Assembly (NCBI GenBank): GCA_038127595.1
Contig: JAYPIC010000026.1
Location: 10,807 to 23,902, forward strand
Length of the DNA stretch: 13,096 nucleotides
Source: a bacterium
GTDB taxonomy: Bacteria; Fidelibacterota; Marinisomatia; Marinisomatales; UBA1611
Direction of reading: 5' to 3'
Shown: piece by piece, positions 1 to 8,578 of the stretch
Numbering within the stretch: the first letter of the stretch is position 1
Layout of the letters: the number at the start of each line of letters is the position of its first letter
Notes under the pieces: model-generated
Databases searched by the model: none
Told to the model about the DNA's origin: nothing
The model's input: the letters and a program-made list of their open reading frames with translations, nothing else
Translations under genes and position numbers: made by a program

Positions 1-1853
1 ATGTCATACAGTCTGTAAATAGACCTACTTTGATTATGTCGCATAATAAAACATTGGCTGCTCAACTTTATGGAGAAATGAAACAACTTTTTCCAAATAA
101 TGCTGTTGAATATTTTATCAGCTACTATGATTATTATCAGCCAGAAGCATATTTGCCAGTTACAGACACCTACATAGAGAAAGATGCATCAATTAATGAA
201 GAAATTGACAAATTGAGATTAAAAACAACTAGTTCTTTGATGTCAAGAGAGGATGTAATTGTTGTCTCTTCGGTCTCGTGTATTTACGGATTAGGTGCTC
301 CGGATGAGTACATTAAAGGTTCTGTAAGTGTAACATGCGGAGAAAATTTAAATAGAAGAAAATTACTTTCTGATTTAGTTCATATTCACTACTCAAGAAA
401 CGATCAAATACTTGAAAGAGGAAATGTAAGAGTGCTTGGTGATGTAATTGAGATTTTTCCTGCTTATGAAGATCTTTGTATAAGAATAGAATTATTTGGT
501 ACAGAAGTAGAAACAATTTCAAAATTTGATTATTTAACTGGTGAAGTATCAGAAGAGTTGGAAAAGACTGTGATCTTTCCTGCTAAACATTTCGTTACTG
601 ATAAAGAAAAAACATTAAAAGTTATTGATCAAATTGAAGAAGAATTAAAAAATAGGCTAGATTTTCTAAGGTCAAATAATAAGTTATTAGAGGCACAGCG
701 GTTAGAACAAAGAACGAATTTTGATATAGAAATGATGATTGAATTGGGATACTGTTCAGGTATTGAAAATTATTCAAGATATTTTGCTGGTAGAAAAGAA
801 GGAGAAAAGCCATTTACCTTGATAGATTTTTTTCCAAATGATTTTTTAACGATTTTAGATGAGTCTCATGTTACGCTTCCTCAAATAAAGGCAATGTATA
901 ATGGAGATAAAGCTAGAAAATTATCCCTAGTTGAACATGGTTTTAGATTACCTAGTGCTTTAGATAATAGACCGTTGAAATATGAAGAATTTATAGATGC
1001 CCAGAATCAAATTTTATTTGTATCTGCTACTCCATCAGATACTGAATTAGAATTCTGCAATGGCGTAGTTACAGAGCAAATACTGAGGCCTACCGGCTTG
1101 CTTGATCCAAATGTGGTGGTCAAAAAATCAAAAGGTCAAATTGATGATTTAATTGGAGAAATTAGAAAGAGAGCAAGAAAAAAAGAGAGAGTATTAGTAA
1201 CGACGTTAACAAAACGTATGGCTGAAGATTTAACTGACTATCTTAGTGGCGTTAATATTAAAGTTAGATACCTTCACTCTGACATAAATAGTGTTGAAAG
1301 AGTAAAGATTTTAAGAGAGCTGAGGATAGGAAATTTTGATGTGTTAGTTGGAATTAATTTATTGAGAGAGGGTTTAGACTTGCCAGAAGTTAGTTTAGTT
1401 GCTGTTATAGATGCTGACAAAGAGGGGTTTTTAAGATCCAAAAGTAGTTTGCTACAAGTAGCAGGGAGAGCAGCGAGGAATGTAAATGGTACAGTCATTC
1501 TTTATGGGGATAAAATCACGGATGCAATGTATAACTTGATGCAAGAGACAAATAGGAGAAGAGAATTACAAGATAAATATAACATTGAAAACAACATCAC
1601 ACCTGCGACCATAAGTAAATCTACTGATGAAATCTTATTATCTACTTCAGTCGCAGGAAACGAGAAGGATGAGGAGTTCGTCTCTATTGATTCAAAATTC
1701 CAAGATATGACTATTCAGGATCGTGAAAATATTTTGATAGAATTAAGAAAAGAGATGATAAAATCAGCTGAAAATCTAGATTTTGAAAAAGCAGCAAACC
1801 TAAGAGATGAAATTGAAAAATTTGAGGATAGTATTAAAGAGGCCATAAATTGA
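1..1853 (+). CDS. uvrB: Excinuclease ABC subunit B (UvrB), 5'-truncated by the window edge
   Basis: The frame is open from position 3 ([23 protein letters not shown]), so the true start lies upstream of the window and TTG at 30 is an internal Leu. Hallmarks: [10 protein letters not shown] beta-hairpin, DESH Walker [49 protein letters not shown], and a C-terminal UVR coiled coil ([16 protein letters not shown]). Confidence 0.98.
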   Translation, partial: VIQSVNRPTLIMSHNKTLAAQLYGEMKQLFPNNAVEYFISYYDYYQPEAYLPVTDTYIEKDASINEEIDKLRLKTTSSLMSREDVIVVSSVSCIYGLGAPDEYIKGSVSVTCGENLNRRKLLSDLVHIHYSRNDQILERGNVRVLGDVIEIFPAYEDLCIRIELFGTEVETISKFDYLTGEVSEELEKTVIFPAKHFVTDKEKTLKVIDQIEEELKNRLDFLRSNNKLLEAQRLEQRTNFDIEMMIELGYCSGIENYSRYFAGRKEGEKPFTLIDFFPNDFLTILDESHVTLPQIKAMYNGDKARKLSLVEHGFRLPSALDNRPLKYEEFIDAQNQILFVSATPSDTELEFCNGVVTEQILRPTGLLDPNVVVKKSKGQIDDLIGEIRKRARKKERVLVTTLTKRMAEDLTDYLSGVNIKVRYLHSDINSVERVKILRELRIGNFDVLVGINLLREGLDLPEVSLVAVIDADKEGFLRSKSSLLQVAGRAARNVNGTVILYGDKITDAMYNLMQETNRRRELQDKYNIENNITPATISKSTDEILLSTSVAGNEKDEEFVSIDSKFQDMTIQDRENILIELRKEMIKSAENLDFEKAANLRDEIEKFEDSIKEAIN

Positions 1854-2839
1854 AAATTTTAGTAGTAGGCGGTGCAGGGTACATTGGATCTCATTTTGTT
1901 TTAGAGGCCTCTAAAAAAGGAAATGAAGTAACTGTTTTTGATGATTTGTCATCAGGTTTTAAATCAAATTTAAATGATAACATTTCGTTTTATAAAGGCT
2001 CAACATTATCAAAAAAAGAACTTGATTCGGTTATGCTGTCTGATAATTTTGATGTAGCTGTACACTTAGCAGCCTTTAAAGCTGCCGGCGAGTCCATGCT
2101 TAACCCTGGGAAATATGCTACAAATAATATTATTGGTGGATTGAATTTGATTGAGTCTTGTGTCAAAAATAATATAAAAAATGTAATTTTTTCTTCTAGT
2201 GCTGCTGTTTATGGTACACCACAGTATACTCCAATTGATGAAGATCATCCTTTATTGCCAATCAATTATTATGGTTATTCAAAATTAATGATAGAGCAAA
2301 ATTTGAAATGGTTCAGCAAACTTAAAGGAATTCGATATGCTAGCTTAAGGTATTTTAATGCAGCTGGTTATGACAGTGATTATAAGAAATTCCAAGTAGA
2401 GTTAGATCCACAAAACCTAATTCCTTTGTTCATTGAGGTTGCGCTAGAAAAAAGAGATCATCTTGAAGTTTTTGGAGATGATTATGCCACCCCTGATTGT
2501 ACGTGTATTAGTGATTACATTCATGTTAAAGATTTAGCAGAGGGTCACTTAGCATCAATTGATTACATTATTAATAAGAAAAAAAATTTAGTGATAAATC
2601 TAGGAGCAGGTGAAGGGTTCTCGGTATTAGATATACTTAAAAAAACTGAACTTATCTCTAATAAAAAACTTAAATATGTCATTTCTGAAAGAAGGGATGG
2701 AGATCCAGATATTGTTATATCATCCTCCAAAAAAGCAAAACAACTGATAGGATGGTCGCCAGCAAGGTCTGATTTAGATAATATTATCAAAACATCATGG
2801 GCTAAGTATAGTTATAACATGAAAGTGAATAAATTATGA
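1850..2839 (+). CDS. galE: UDP-glucose 4-epimerase (extended SDR)
   Basis: GGAGYIG NAD-binding motif, [20 protein letters not shown], catalytic YxxxK (YGYSK), [13 protein letters not shown] and RRDGD. The TTG start overlaps the uvrB stop (TTGA), and GAGG lies upstream at about 1839-1842. Confidence 0.93.
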   Translation: MKILVVGGAGYIGSHFVLEASKKGNEVTVFDDLSSGFKSNLNDNISFYKGSTLSKKELDSVMLSDNFDVAVHLAAFKAAGESMLNPGKYATNNIIGGLNLIESCVKNNIKNVIFSSSAAVYGTPQYTPIDEDHPLLPINYYGYSKLMIEQNLKWFSKLKGIRYASLRYFNAAGYDSDYKKFQVELDPQNLIPLFIEVALEKRDHLEVFGDDYATPDCTCISDYIHVKDLAEGHLASIDYIINKKKNLVINLGAGEGFSVLDILKKTELISNKKLKYVISERRDGDPDIVISSSKKAKQLIGWSPARSDLDNIIKTSWAKYSYNMKVNKL

Positions 2840-4059
2840 AAGTAGATTTACAACGCTTACAAAAACAGTCTGGAATTATAGGCACTTCTGAGAAAATTTA
2901 TGAAGTGTTAGGCATGATAGCCCAAGTAGCCCCTGTAGATATATCTGTACTTATTACTGGCGAGTCCGGTTGTGGTAAAGAGATCATAGCTCGATCTATA
3001 CATAAGCATAGTAAACGTTCTCAAACTCCGATGGTTATTGTTAATTGTGGTGCTATACCAGAGGGCATAATTGAAAGTGAACTGTTTGGTCATAAAAAAG
3101 GTTCTTTTACTGGAGCTTCGAATGATAGGAAAGGATACTTTGAGGAAGCAAACAAAGGCACAATATTTTTAGACGAAATCGGTGAAGCACCTTTAGAGAC
3201 GCAGGTTAAACTATTGAGAGTTCTTGAGACTGGTGAGTATATGAGGGTGGGGGACTCAAAAATTAGACGAACTGATGTAAGGGTTATTGCTGCAACAAAC
3301 AAAAATTTATCTGATCTTGTGAAAAAAAATCAGTTTAGGCAAGACCTATATTATAGATTAAAGACAGTAAATATTCATATTCCATCTCTTAGAGAAAGAG
3401 TTGAAGATATTAACCCGTTTGTTGAGAGGTTCGCTCTCGAATTTACTAGGTCAAATGAAATTAGGTATAGAGGATTTATGCCAGATGCAATTAGAGTAAT
3501 GAAACAACATGATTGGCCAGGAAATGTAAGGGAATTAAAAAATTTTGTGGAAAAAATAATGGTTCTAGAGAAAGGTGAGCGTATAACTGCGGATATGGTA
3601 AACAGGGAGCTTGCTGATGTTATTAAAGAGCCTTTAATGGAGAACGAAAGACTTCCAATTGCAATTAACAAAACTTCCGAGCAGGCAGAAATAGATATTA
3701 TATTGAGGCAATTATTTTCATTAAAACAAGACACAGAGTTAATTAGAGCAATTTTATCTTCAGATAATGAACAATCTTTTTTAAATGTTAATCCAATATT
3801 ACCATCTGAAGATCTTAAAATAATTTCTTCAGTAGCTGATCCAAATATGGAGGTTACTGAAGATGGGCAGCCTCTAATTCGTGATGATGCTATTGGCGAA
3901 ATCCTCATGAAAGATTTAGAAAAAGAAGCTATTATAAGAACACTGCGATTTTTCAACAATAATCGTAGGAAGACCGCAAAATCTTTAGGAGTTAGTGAAA
4001 GGACTCTTTATAGAAAGATCGAGGATTATAAACTTGAACCAAAAATTAAGCGGAGCTGA
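2836..4059 (+). CDS. Sigma-54-interacting AAA+ transcriptional regulator (Fis-type HTH), lacking an N-terminal receiver or sensor domain
   Basis: Walker A GESGCGKE, ESELFGHKKGSFTGA (GAFTGA-loop variant), Walker B FLDEIGE, QVKLLRVLE, RVIAATN, FRQDLYYRL, WPGNVRELKN, and a C-terminal HTH (NRRKTAKSLGVSERTLYRKI). The AAA domain begins at about residue 13. ATGA overlap with the galE stop. Confidence 0.93.
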   Translation: MKVDLQRLQKQSGIIGTSEKIYEVLGMIAQVAPVDISVLITGESGCGKEIIARSIHKHSKRSQTPMVIVNCGAIPEGIIESELFGHKKGSFTGASNDRKGYFEEANKGTIFLDEIGEAPLETQVKLLRVLETGEYMRVGDSKIRRTDVRVIAATNKNLSDLVKKNQFRQDLYYRLKTVNIHIPSLRERVEDINPFVERFALEFTRSNEIRYRGFMPDAIRVMKQHDWPGNVRELKNFVEKIMVLEKGERITADMVNRELADVIKEPLMENERLPIAINKTSEQAEIDIILRQLFSLKQDTELIRAILSSDNEQSFLNVNPILPSEDLKIISSVADPNMEVTEDGQPLIRDDAIGEILMKDLEKEAIIRTLRFFNNNRRKTAKSLGVSERTLYRKIEDYKLEPKIKRS

Positions 4060-4061
4060 AT

Positions 4062-4625
4062 TTGGGTTTAAAAGGACTGAATATTTATCTAAGTACAATG
4101 ATTGTTTTTTTGTTTAATTGTTGTACTTTTTATTCAATGTCAGGTTCAATACCTCCTCATATAAAATCTATTTCAATACCACTAATCGAAAATGAGACTG
4201 CAGAATTTGGTATAGCTGAAGAGATTACTGATGGTATTCAAAAAAAGTTTAATGATGAAGGTATATTAAAATTAATTGATAAAAACGCTGATTCAATACT
4301 GAAGGGGTCAATTAAAAAAATCACTGACGGTCCATATACATTCAACAAACAAGAATCTGTTTCTGAGTATAGATTTAAAGTAGATGTATATTTTGAATGG
4401 TATGATAATCGTAATGAAAAAACATTATTTAAAGGTAATTTCTCAGGCTGGGGAGCTTATGGACTTGGTGGAGACATTAGTAATGATGGGATTGATAATG
4501 ATGGAGATGGTAAAATTGACTCTGATGATGATGACGAATTTGGGGAGCCGAGAGAGTACGCATCAAAAGTAGCTATTCAAAAAATTTCTGAAGACATAAT
4601 TAATGATATAATGACTACATGGTAA
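4062..4625 (+). CDS. lptE: LptE-family (LPS assembly) outer-membrane lipoprotein with an acidic EF-hand-like insertion
   Basis: TTG start 6 nt after GGAG (4052-4055). Lipoprotein-type signal ending in LFNC/C (Cys20/21), followed by YSMSGSIPPHIKSISIPLIENETAEFGIAEEIT, ADSILKGSI and a C-terminal helix (AIQKISEDIINDIMTTW). This matches the LptE-like proteins found downstream of this activator family in FCB bacteria. An alternative ATG start exists at 4098. Confidence 0.75.
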   Translation: MGLKGLNIYLSTMIVFLFNCCTFYSMSGSIPPHIKSISIPLIENETAEFGIAEEITDGIQKKFNDEGILKLIDKNADSILKGSIKKITDGPYTFNKQESVSEYRFKVDVYFEWYDNRNEKTLFKGNFSGWGAYGLGGDISNDGIDNDGDGKIDSDDDDEFGEPREYASKVAIQKISEDIINDIMTTW

Positions 4626-4643
4626 AAAGGAGTTAGTTTACAA

Positions 4644-5939
4644 ATGGAAACAGTGACAATTAAAAATTTAAAAGATTTTCAAGGACAGGAAGTTAAAATC
4701 AATGGATGGGTCTATAATAGAAGAAGCATTGGGAAAGTGTGGTTTTTAATTTTGAGAGACGGAACAGGGTTATTACAGTGTGTAGTAGTTGATGGAGAAT
4801 GTGATTTAGAAAGTTTTCAATTAGAGCAGAATTTGAATCAAGAAGATTCTGTCAGTGTGACTGGTGTTGTAAAAAAAGAACCTAGAGCTGTAGGAGGTTT
4901 TGAACTTGGAGTAAAAAATATAAGCGTCATAAATCACACTTCGAATGAATATCCTATATCAAACAAAGAGCATGGGACAGATTTTTTGATGTCGAACAGA
5001 CATTTATGGATAAGATCTAAAAGGCAAAATTCAATACTTAGAGTAAGACATCAAATAATTAAATCAATAAGAGATTTTTTTGATAATAATGATTTTATTT
5101 TAGTTGACTCTCCTATTTTTACTGGCAATGCTGTAGAAGGAACAACTACATTATTTGAACTTGAATACTTTGAAAAGAAGGCTTACTTAACACAAAGTGG
5201 TCAGCTGTATCAAGAAGCAGGGGCTATGGCTTTTGGCAAATCATATTGTTTTGGGCCAGTATTTAGAGCTGAAAAATCTAAAACTCGTCGTCACCTCACT
5301 GAGTTCTGGATGGTTGAGCCTGAAATGTCATATTGTGACCTTAATCAAAATATGGATTGGATGGAATCACTAGTTACTTACATAATTGATGAGGTCCTTA
5401 AGCATTGTCAAAGCGAGTTAAATGTATTAGAGAGAAATATAGATAAATTAGAAGCTGTAAAATCTCCTTTTCCAAGGATTACATATGATGAGGCAGTGGA
5501 TATATTAAAACAAAATAATATTGATTTTACATATGGCAAGGATTTTGGCGCATCTGATGAAACAACCATATCTAACCAGTATGATAGTCCTGTTATGATT
5601 CACAGTTGGCCAGCTGATACTAAAGCATTTTATATGAAAAGAGATGAAATAAATAATAATTTAGCTTTAGGAGTAGATATGATTGCGCCAGAGGGCTATG
5701 GTGAGATAGTCGGTGGTGGGCAGAGGGAAGATAACATAGACATATTAATTGAAACAATCAGGCATCACGATCTTCCATTAAAGCCTTTTGAGTGGTATTT
5801 AGATTTAAGAAAATATGGTTCCGTTCCACACTCAGGTTTTGGACTCGGTTTAGAGAGATTTGTGGCATGGGTATGTGGTACAAAACATATAAGAGAGACC
5901 ATTCCTTTTCCAAGGACTATGGCAAGATTAGAGCCATAG
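4644..5939 (+). CDS. asnS: Asparagine--tRNA ligase (short, ~430 aa type)
   Basis: N-terminal OB fold (GWVYNRR...FLILRDGTG), YLTQSGQLY, motif 2 FRAEKSKTRRHLTEFWMVEPE, GEIVGGGQRE, and motif 3 GSVPHSGFGLGLER. EFWMVEPE and GGGQRE favour AsnRS over AspRS. AGGAG SD at 4628-4632. Confidence 0.95.
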   Translation: METVTIKNLKDFQGQEVKINGWVYNRRSIGKVWFLILRDGTGLLQCVVVDGECDLESFQLEQNLNQEDSVSVTGVVKKEPRAVGGFELGVKNISVINHTSNEYPISNKEHGTDFLMSNRHLWIRSKRQNSILRVRHQIIKSIRDFFDNNDFILVDSPIFTGNAVEGTTTLFELEYFEKKAYLTQSGQLYQEAGAMAFGKSYCFGPVFRAEKSKTRRHLTEFWMVEPEMSYCDLNQNMDWMESLVTYIIDEVLKHCQSELNVLERNIDKLEAVKSPFPRITYDEAVDILKQNNIDFTYGKDFGASDETTISNQYDSPVMIHSWPADTKAFYMKRDEINNNLALGVDMIAPEGYGEIVGGGQREDNIDILIETIRHHDLPLKPFEWYLDLRKYGSVPHSGFGLGLERFVAWVCGTKHIRETIPFPRTMARLEP

Positions 5940-6003
5940 TACAGTTTTCATATAAATGCTTTAACAAATATTATATGTTTTTAAACTTTTTGGTAAAAAA
6001 ATT

Positions 6004-7617
6004 ATGAAAGTTGCTTTATGTCAGATTAATCCCACAGTAGGTGCTTTATCTGATAATGTTAGAAAAATAATTGATGTATACAATGATGCGTTAAACAATA
6101 ATTGTGATATTATTGTTTTTCCAGAGCTTGCAATTACTGGTTATCCGCCGCAAGACCTACTATTAAATGATAAATTTATTGAGGCTAATTCATTGGCATT
6201 GAATGAAATAGTTAAACATGTTACTGCACCTGCAATCATCGGATACGTTAGGGGACAGAAAGGTAACCTACATAACACAGCAGCTTTAGCATGTAATGGA
6301 AAAATTGTTTATGAATTTGATAAAATATTATTACCAACCTATGATGTTTTTGATGAAAAAAGATATTTCAAATCAGGTAAAGTTCCATCTGTTTTTCCTC
6401 TAGATATAAAAGGTAAGGAAGTTAAAATTGGAGTTCAGGTTTGTGAAGATCTCTGGGATGATAAATATGATTTAAAGGTGTCTAATATTCAAAAGCAAAA
6501 TGGTGCAGATCTAATAATTAATATTTCTGCATCTCCGTTTCGTGAGAATAAATTTAAAGATAGAGTAAACCTTGTACGCTCGAAGGTTAACGAAATTAAA
6601 ATACCGTTTTTATATTGTAACTTAGTAGGTGCTCAAGACGAATTGGTTTTTGATGGATCCTCATTTGCACTAGATAAGAATGGTAACTGCATTTCTCACT
6701 GCAAATCTTTTGAGGAAGATATACTGTATACTGATTTAGCATCACATTCTACAAAACATATCAAATATGCTACAAAATGTGAAGATTTATTTAATGCTCT
6801 TTGCTTGGGAATAAAAGATTACTTTGAAAAAACAAAAAATAAAGAGGCAGTAATTGGTTTGTCTGGTGGTATTGATAGTGCGGTAGTTGCATGTATAGCG
6901 TCATATGCATTGGGAAATAAATCTGTTTATGGTGTATCAATGCCCTCAAAATTTAGTAGCGAGCACAGCAAATTTGATGCAGAAGAATTAGCAAAAAATC
7001 TTAATATAAATTACCAAAGTATTTCTATTCAAAATATTGTTGATAAATTAGAGGAGGAACTGAGTGAGTCATTTTCTGATACCGTTAGAGATGTTACTGA
7101 AGAAAATATACAATCCAGAGTAAGAGGAAATCTTTTGATGGCATTATCAAATAAATTTGGAAGATTAGTCCTTTCCACTGGGAATAAAACTGAGCTGGCT
7201 TTGGGATATTGCACCCTCTATGGGGATATGAGTGGCGGATTATCAGTAATCTCAGATTTAAACAAAAGTGATGTATATGAACTTGCTGAGTGGATAAATA
7301 ATAATAAAAACAACCCTATTCCTTTAAATACGATTAATAAACCTCCTTCTGCAGAACTATCCCCAGATCAAGTAGACCCATTTGATTATGAGGTTATTTC
7401 TCCATTAGTTGATTTCATTGTTGAAAAGCAGTGTTCTGCTGAGGAATTAATAAACAGGGGTTTTGACAAAGATTTAGTAAGAGAAACATTAAATAAAATT
7501 ACAATAAATGAATACAAAAGAAGGCAGGCACCAATTGGTATTCGGGTTTCAAATAAAGCATTTGGCATTGGAAGAAGGTACCCTATAATTAATCATTTCA
7601 GGGAGGAGGTAAGTTGA
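6004..7617 (+). CDS. nadE: Glutamine-dependent NAD+ synthetase (nitrilase-type glutaminase plus synthetase domain)
   Basis: Glu-Lys-Cys triad contexts FPEL, KILLPTYDVFDEKRYF and VCEDLW. The synthetase domain has GLSGGIDS, EENIQSRVRG, TGNKTELALGYCTLYGD, PPSAEL and NEYKRRQAP. Confidence 0.96.
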   Translation: MKVALCQINPTVGALSDNVRKIIDVYNDALNNNCDIIVFPELAITGYPPQDLLLNDKFIEANSLALNEIVKHVTAPAIIGYVRGQKGNLHNTAALACNGKIVYEFDKILLPTYDVFDEKRYFKSGKVPSVFPLDIKGKEVKIGVQVCEDLWDDKYDLKVSNIQKQNGADLIINISASPFRENKFKDRVNLVRSKVNEIKIPFLYCNLVGAQDELVFDGSSFALDKNGNCISHCKSFEEDILYTDLASHSTKHIKYATKCEDLFNALCLGIKDYFEKTKNKEAVIGLSGGIDSAVVACIASYALGNKSVYGVSMPSKFSSEHSKFDAEELAKNLNINYQSISIQNIVDKLEEELSESFSDTVRDVTEENIQSRVRGNLLMALSNKFGRLVLSTGNKTELALGYCTLYGDMSGGLSVISDLNKSDVYELAEWINNNKNNPIPLNTINKPPSAELSPDQVDPFDYEVISPLVDFIVEKQCSAEELINRGFDKDLVRETLNKITINEYKRRQAPIGIRVSNKAFGIGRRYPIINHFREEVS

Positions 7618-8051
7618 AAATAATAATAATAATGCTATTATTGTCGATACACTTATTTTTTGGTCAAAGTATTGTAAAAAATGAATATCCATCCAGTTTT
7701 TGGTTGTCATTATCTGCAAAAGAGAAGATATCTTTTGTCAATGGCGCCTACAGCGCAATGAGCGTTCTTAAAAATGAACATAAAAAAGAGGTTGCTAAGC
7801 AATATTTACATGATAAGAATTGGATAGAGCCATATTATATTGAGCGTTATTATTCTGTTATAGAGGAATATCACTCTGAAAAAGTAGGATATGATATACA
7901 GATTATTACCATGCATATGGATGCATTTTACGCCAATTCCGATAACCTACATATCCCAATCATGGATGCTCTAAAAGTAGTCTCACTAATTCAAGATGGA
8001 ATGAGAGAGAAAGCAAATCTCAGGCTATTGCAATTACAAAGAAAATATTAA
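7614..8051 (+). CDS. Secreted/periplasmic hypothetical protein (predicted mostly helical)
   Basis: Strong SD GGAGGAGG just upstream, TTG start overlapping the nadE stop (TTGA), and an N-terminal Sec signal (MKIIIIMLLLSIHLFFG). No catalytic motif recognised. Confidence 0.8.
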   Translation: MKIIIIMLLLSIHLFFGQSIVKNEYPSSFWLSLSAKEKISFVNGAYSAMSVLKNEHKKEVAKQYLHDKNWIEPYYIERYYSVIEEYHSEKVGYDIQIITMHMDAFYANSDNLHIPIMDALKVVSLIQDGMREKANLRLLQLQRKY

Positions 8052-8054
8052 TTT

Positions 8055-8081
8055 TAACTTTTACTTCTTTTTTGAGTCTAA
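8055..8081 (+). promoter_or_regulatory. Candidate ECF (sigmaE/AlgU-like) promoter: TAACTT-N16-TCTAA
   Basis: AACTT at 8056-8060, exactly 16 nt of spacer, then TCTAA at 8077-8081 (preceded by G). This matches the RpoE/AlgU-type GAACTT-N16-TCtgA/TCAAA geometry at 5 of 6 positions in the -35 element. It leaves room for a ~20-nt leader containing AGGTG (8099-8103) before the ATG at 8108. Confidence 0.45.
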
Positions 8082-8107
8082 TACAATAAACCATATATAG
8101 GTGTATT

Positions 8108-8485
8108 ATGAAACAGATTAGATCAGTTACTATTTTTTTAATTTTATTTTCATTCGTGTTTGCCGATCATGGAAGAGCAAAGCATAAGAGATGGAAGCAT
8201 AAAAAAAGGCATAAGGTTAAGGTTGTACATAAACAGCCAAGATTAAAAATAAGTCTAGGTTATAATTATTTTTGGAGAAATTGGAACTTTGGTTATCATC
8301 ATTGGAATAAATACCCATCCAAGGACATTGTAGTTATAAACAAAGAAGTGATTAAAAATATTGAAACTGAAGATTTTGATGAAATTATTTCTAATATAGA
8401 AAAGTTAGCTGATCTTAAAGAAAAAGGAATAATTAGTGAATACGAATACAAAAAAAAGAAGAAGGATCTTTTAAAAAAAATATAA
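8108..8485 (+). CDS. Secreted small protein with a His/Lys-rich N-terminal region and a C-terminal SHOCT domain
   Basis: Signal peptide MKQIRSVTIFLILFSFVFA|DHG, then HGRAKHKRWKHKKRHKVKVVHK, an aromatic stretch (YNYFWRNWNFGYHHWNKYP), and C-terminal IEKLADLKEKGIISEYEYKKKKKDLL matching the SHOCT pattern LxxLxxLxxxGxIxxxEfxxxKxxLL. Confidence 0.8.
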   Translation: MKQIRSVTIFLILFSFVFADHGRAKHKRWKHKKRHKVKVVHKQPRLKISLGYNYFWRNWNFGYHHWNKYPSKDIVVINKEVIKNIETEDFDEIISNIEKLADLKEKGIISEYEYKKKKKDLLKKI

Positions 8486-8488
8486 CTA

Positions 8489-8513
8489 TTTTCTTCAAAG
8501 TCGTTGAAGAAAA
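8489..8513 (+). terminator. Perfect 10-bp inverted repeat after the SHOCT gene (possible weak terminator or RNA processing/stability hairpin)
   Basis: TTTTCTTCAA (8489-8498), loop AGTCG, TTGAAGAAAA (8504-8513), beginning 3 nt after the stop codon. The stem is AT-rich and has no immediate U-tract on the + strand, so classical intrinsic termination is uncertain. Confidence 0.4.
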
Positions 8514-8578
8514 GTAAAAAAAATATTTTATTGATTAAATTGTCCTAATTGACCCTGTTGACTAGTTAATTTCTCTTA

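Noticed and set aside
2819..2843. Direct repeat ATGAAAGT at 2819 and 2836 (galE tail MKVNKL versus activator start MKVDL)
   Set aside because: Only 8 bp in AT-rich DNA. It could be a micro-duplication of the start region but cannot be distinguished from chance.
3375..3959. 194-aa minus-strand ORF
   Set aside because: It lies entirely antisense to the well-conserved sigma-54 activator. Its Ser/Ile-rich composition is typical of a shadow ORF and it has no motif.
4644..5939. Possibility that the synthetase is a non-discriminating archaeal-type AspRS
   Set aside because: The EFWMVEPE and GGGQRE motifs are AsnRS-type.
8558..8569. Near-palindrome TTGACTAGTTAA upstream of lepA, with a TrpR-like ACTAGT core
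   Set aside because: Short and imperfect, with no functional link to tryptophan genes.
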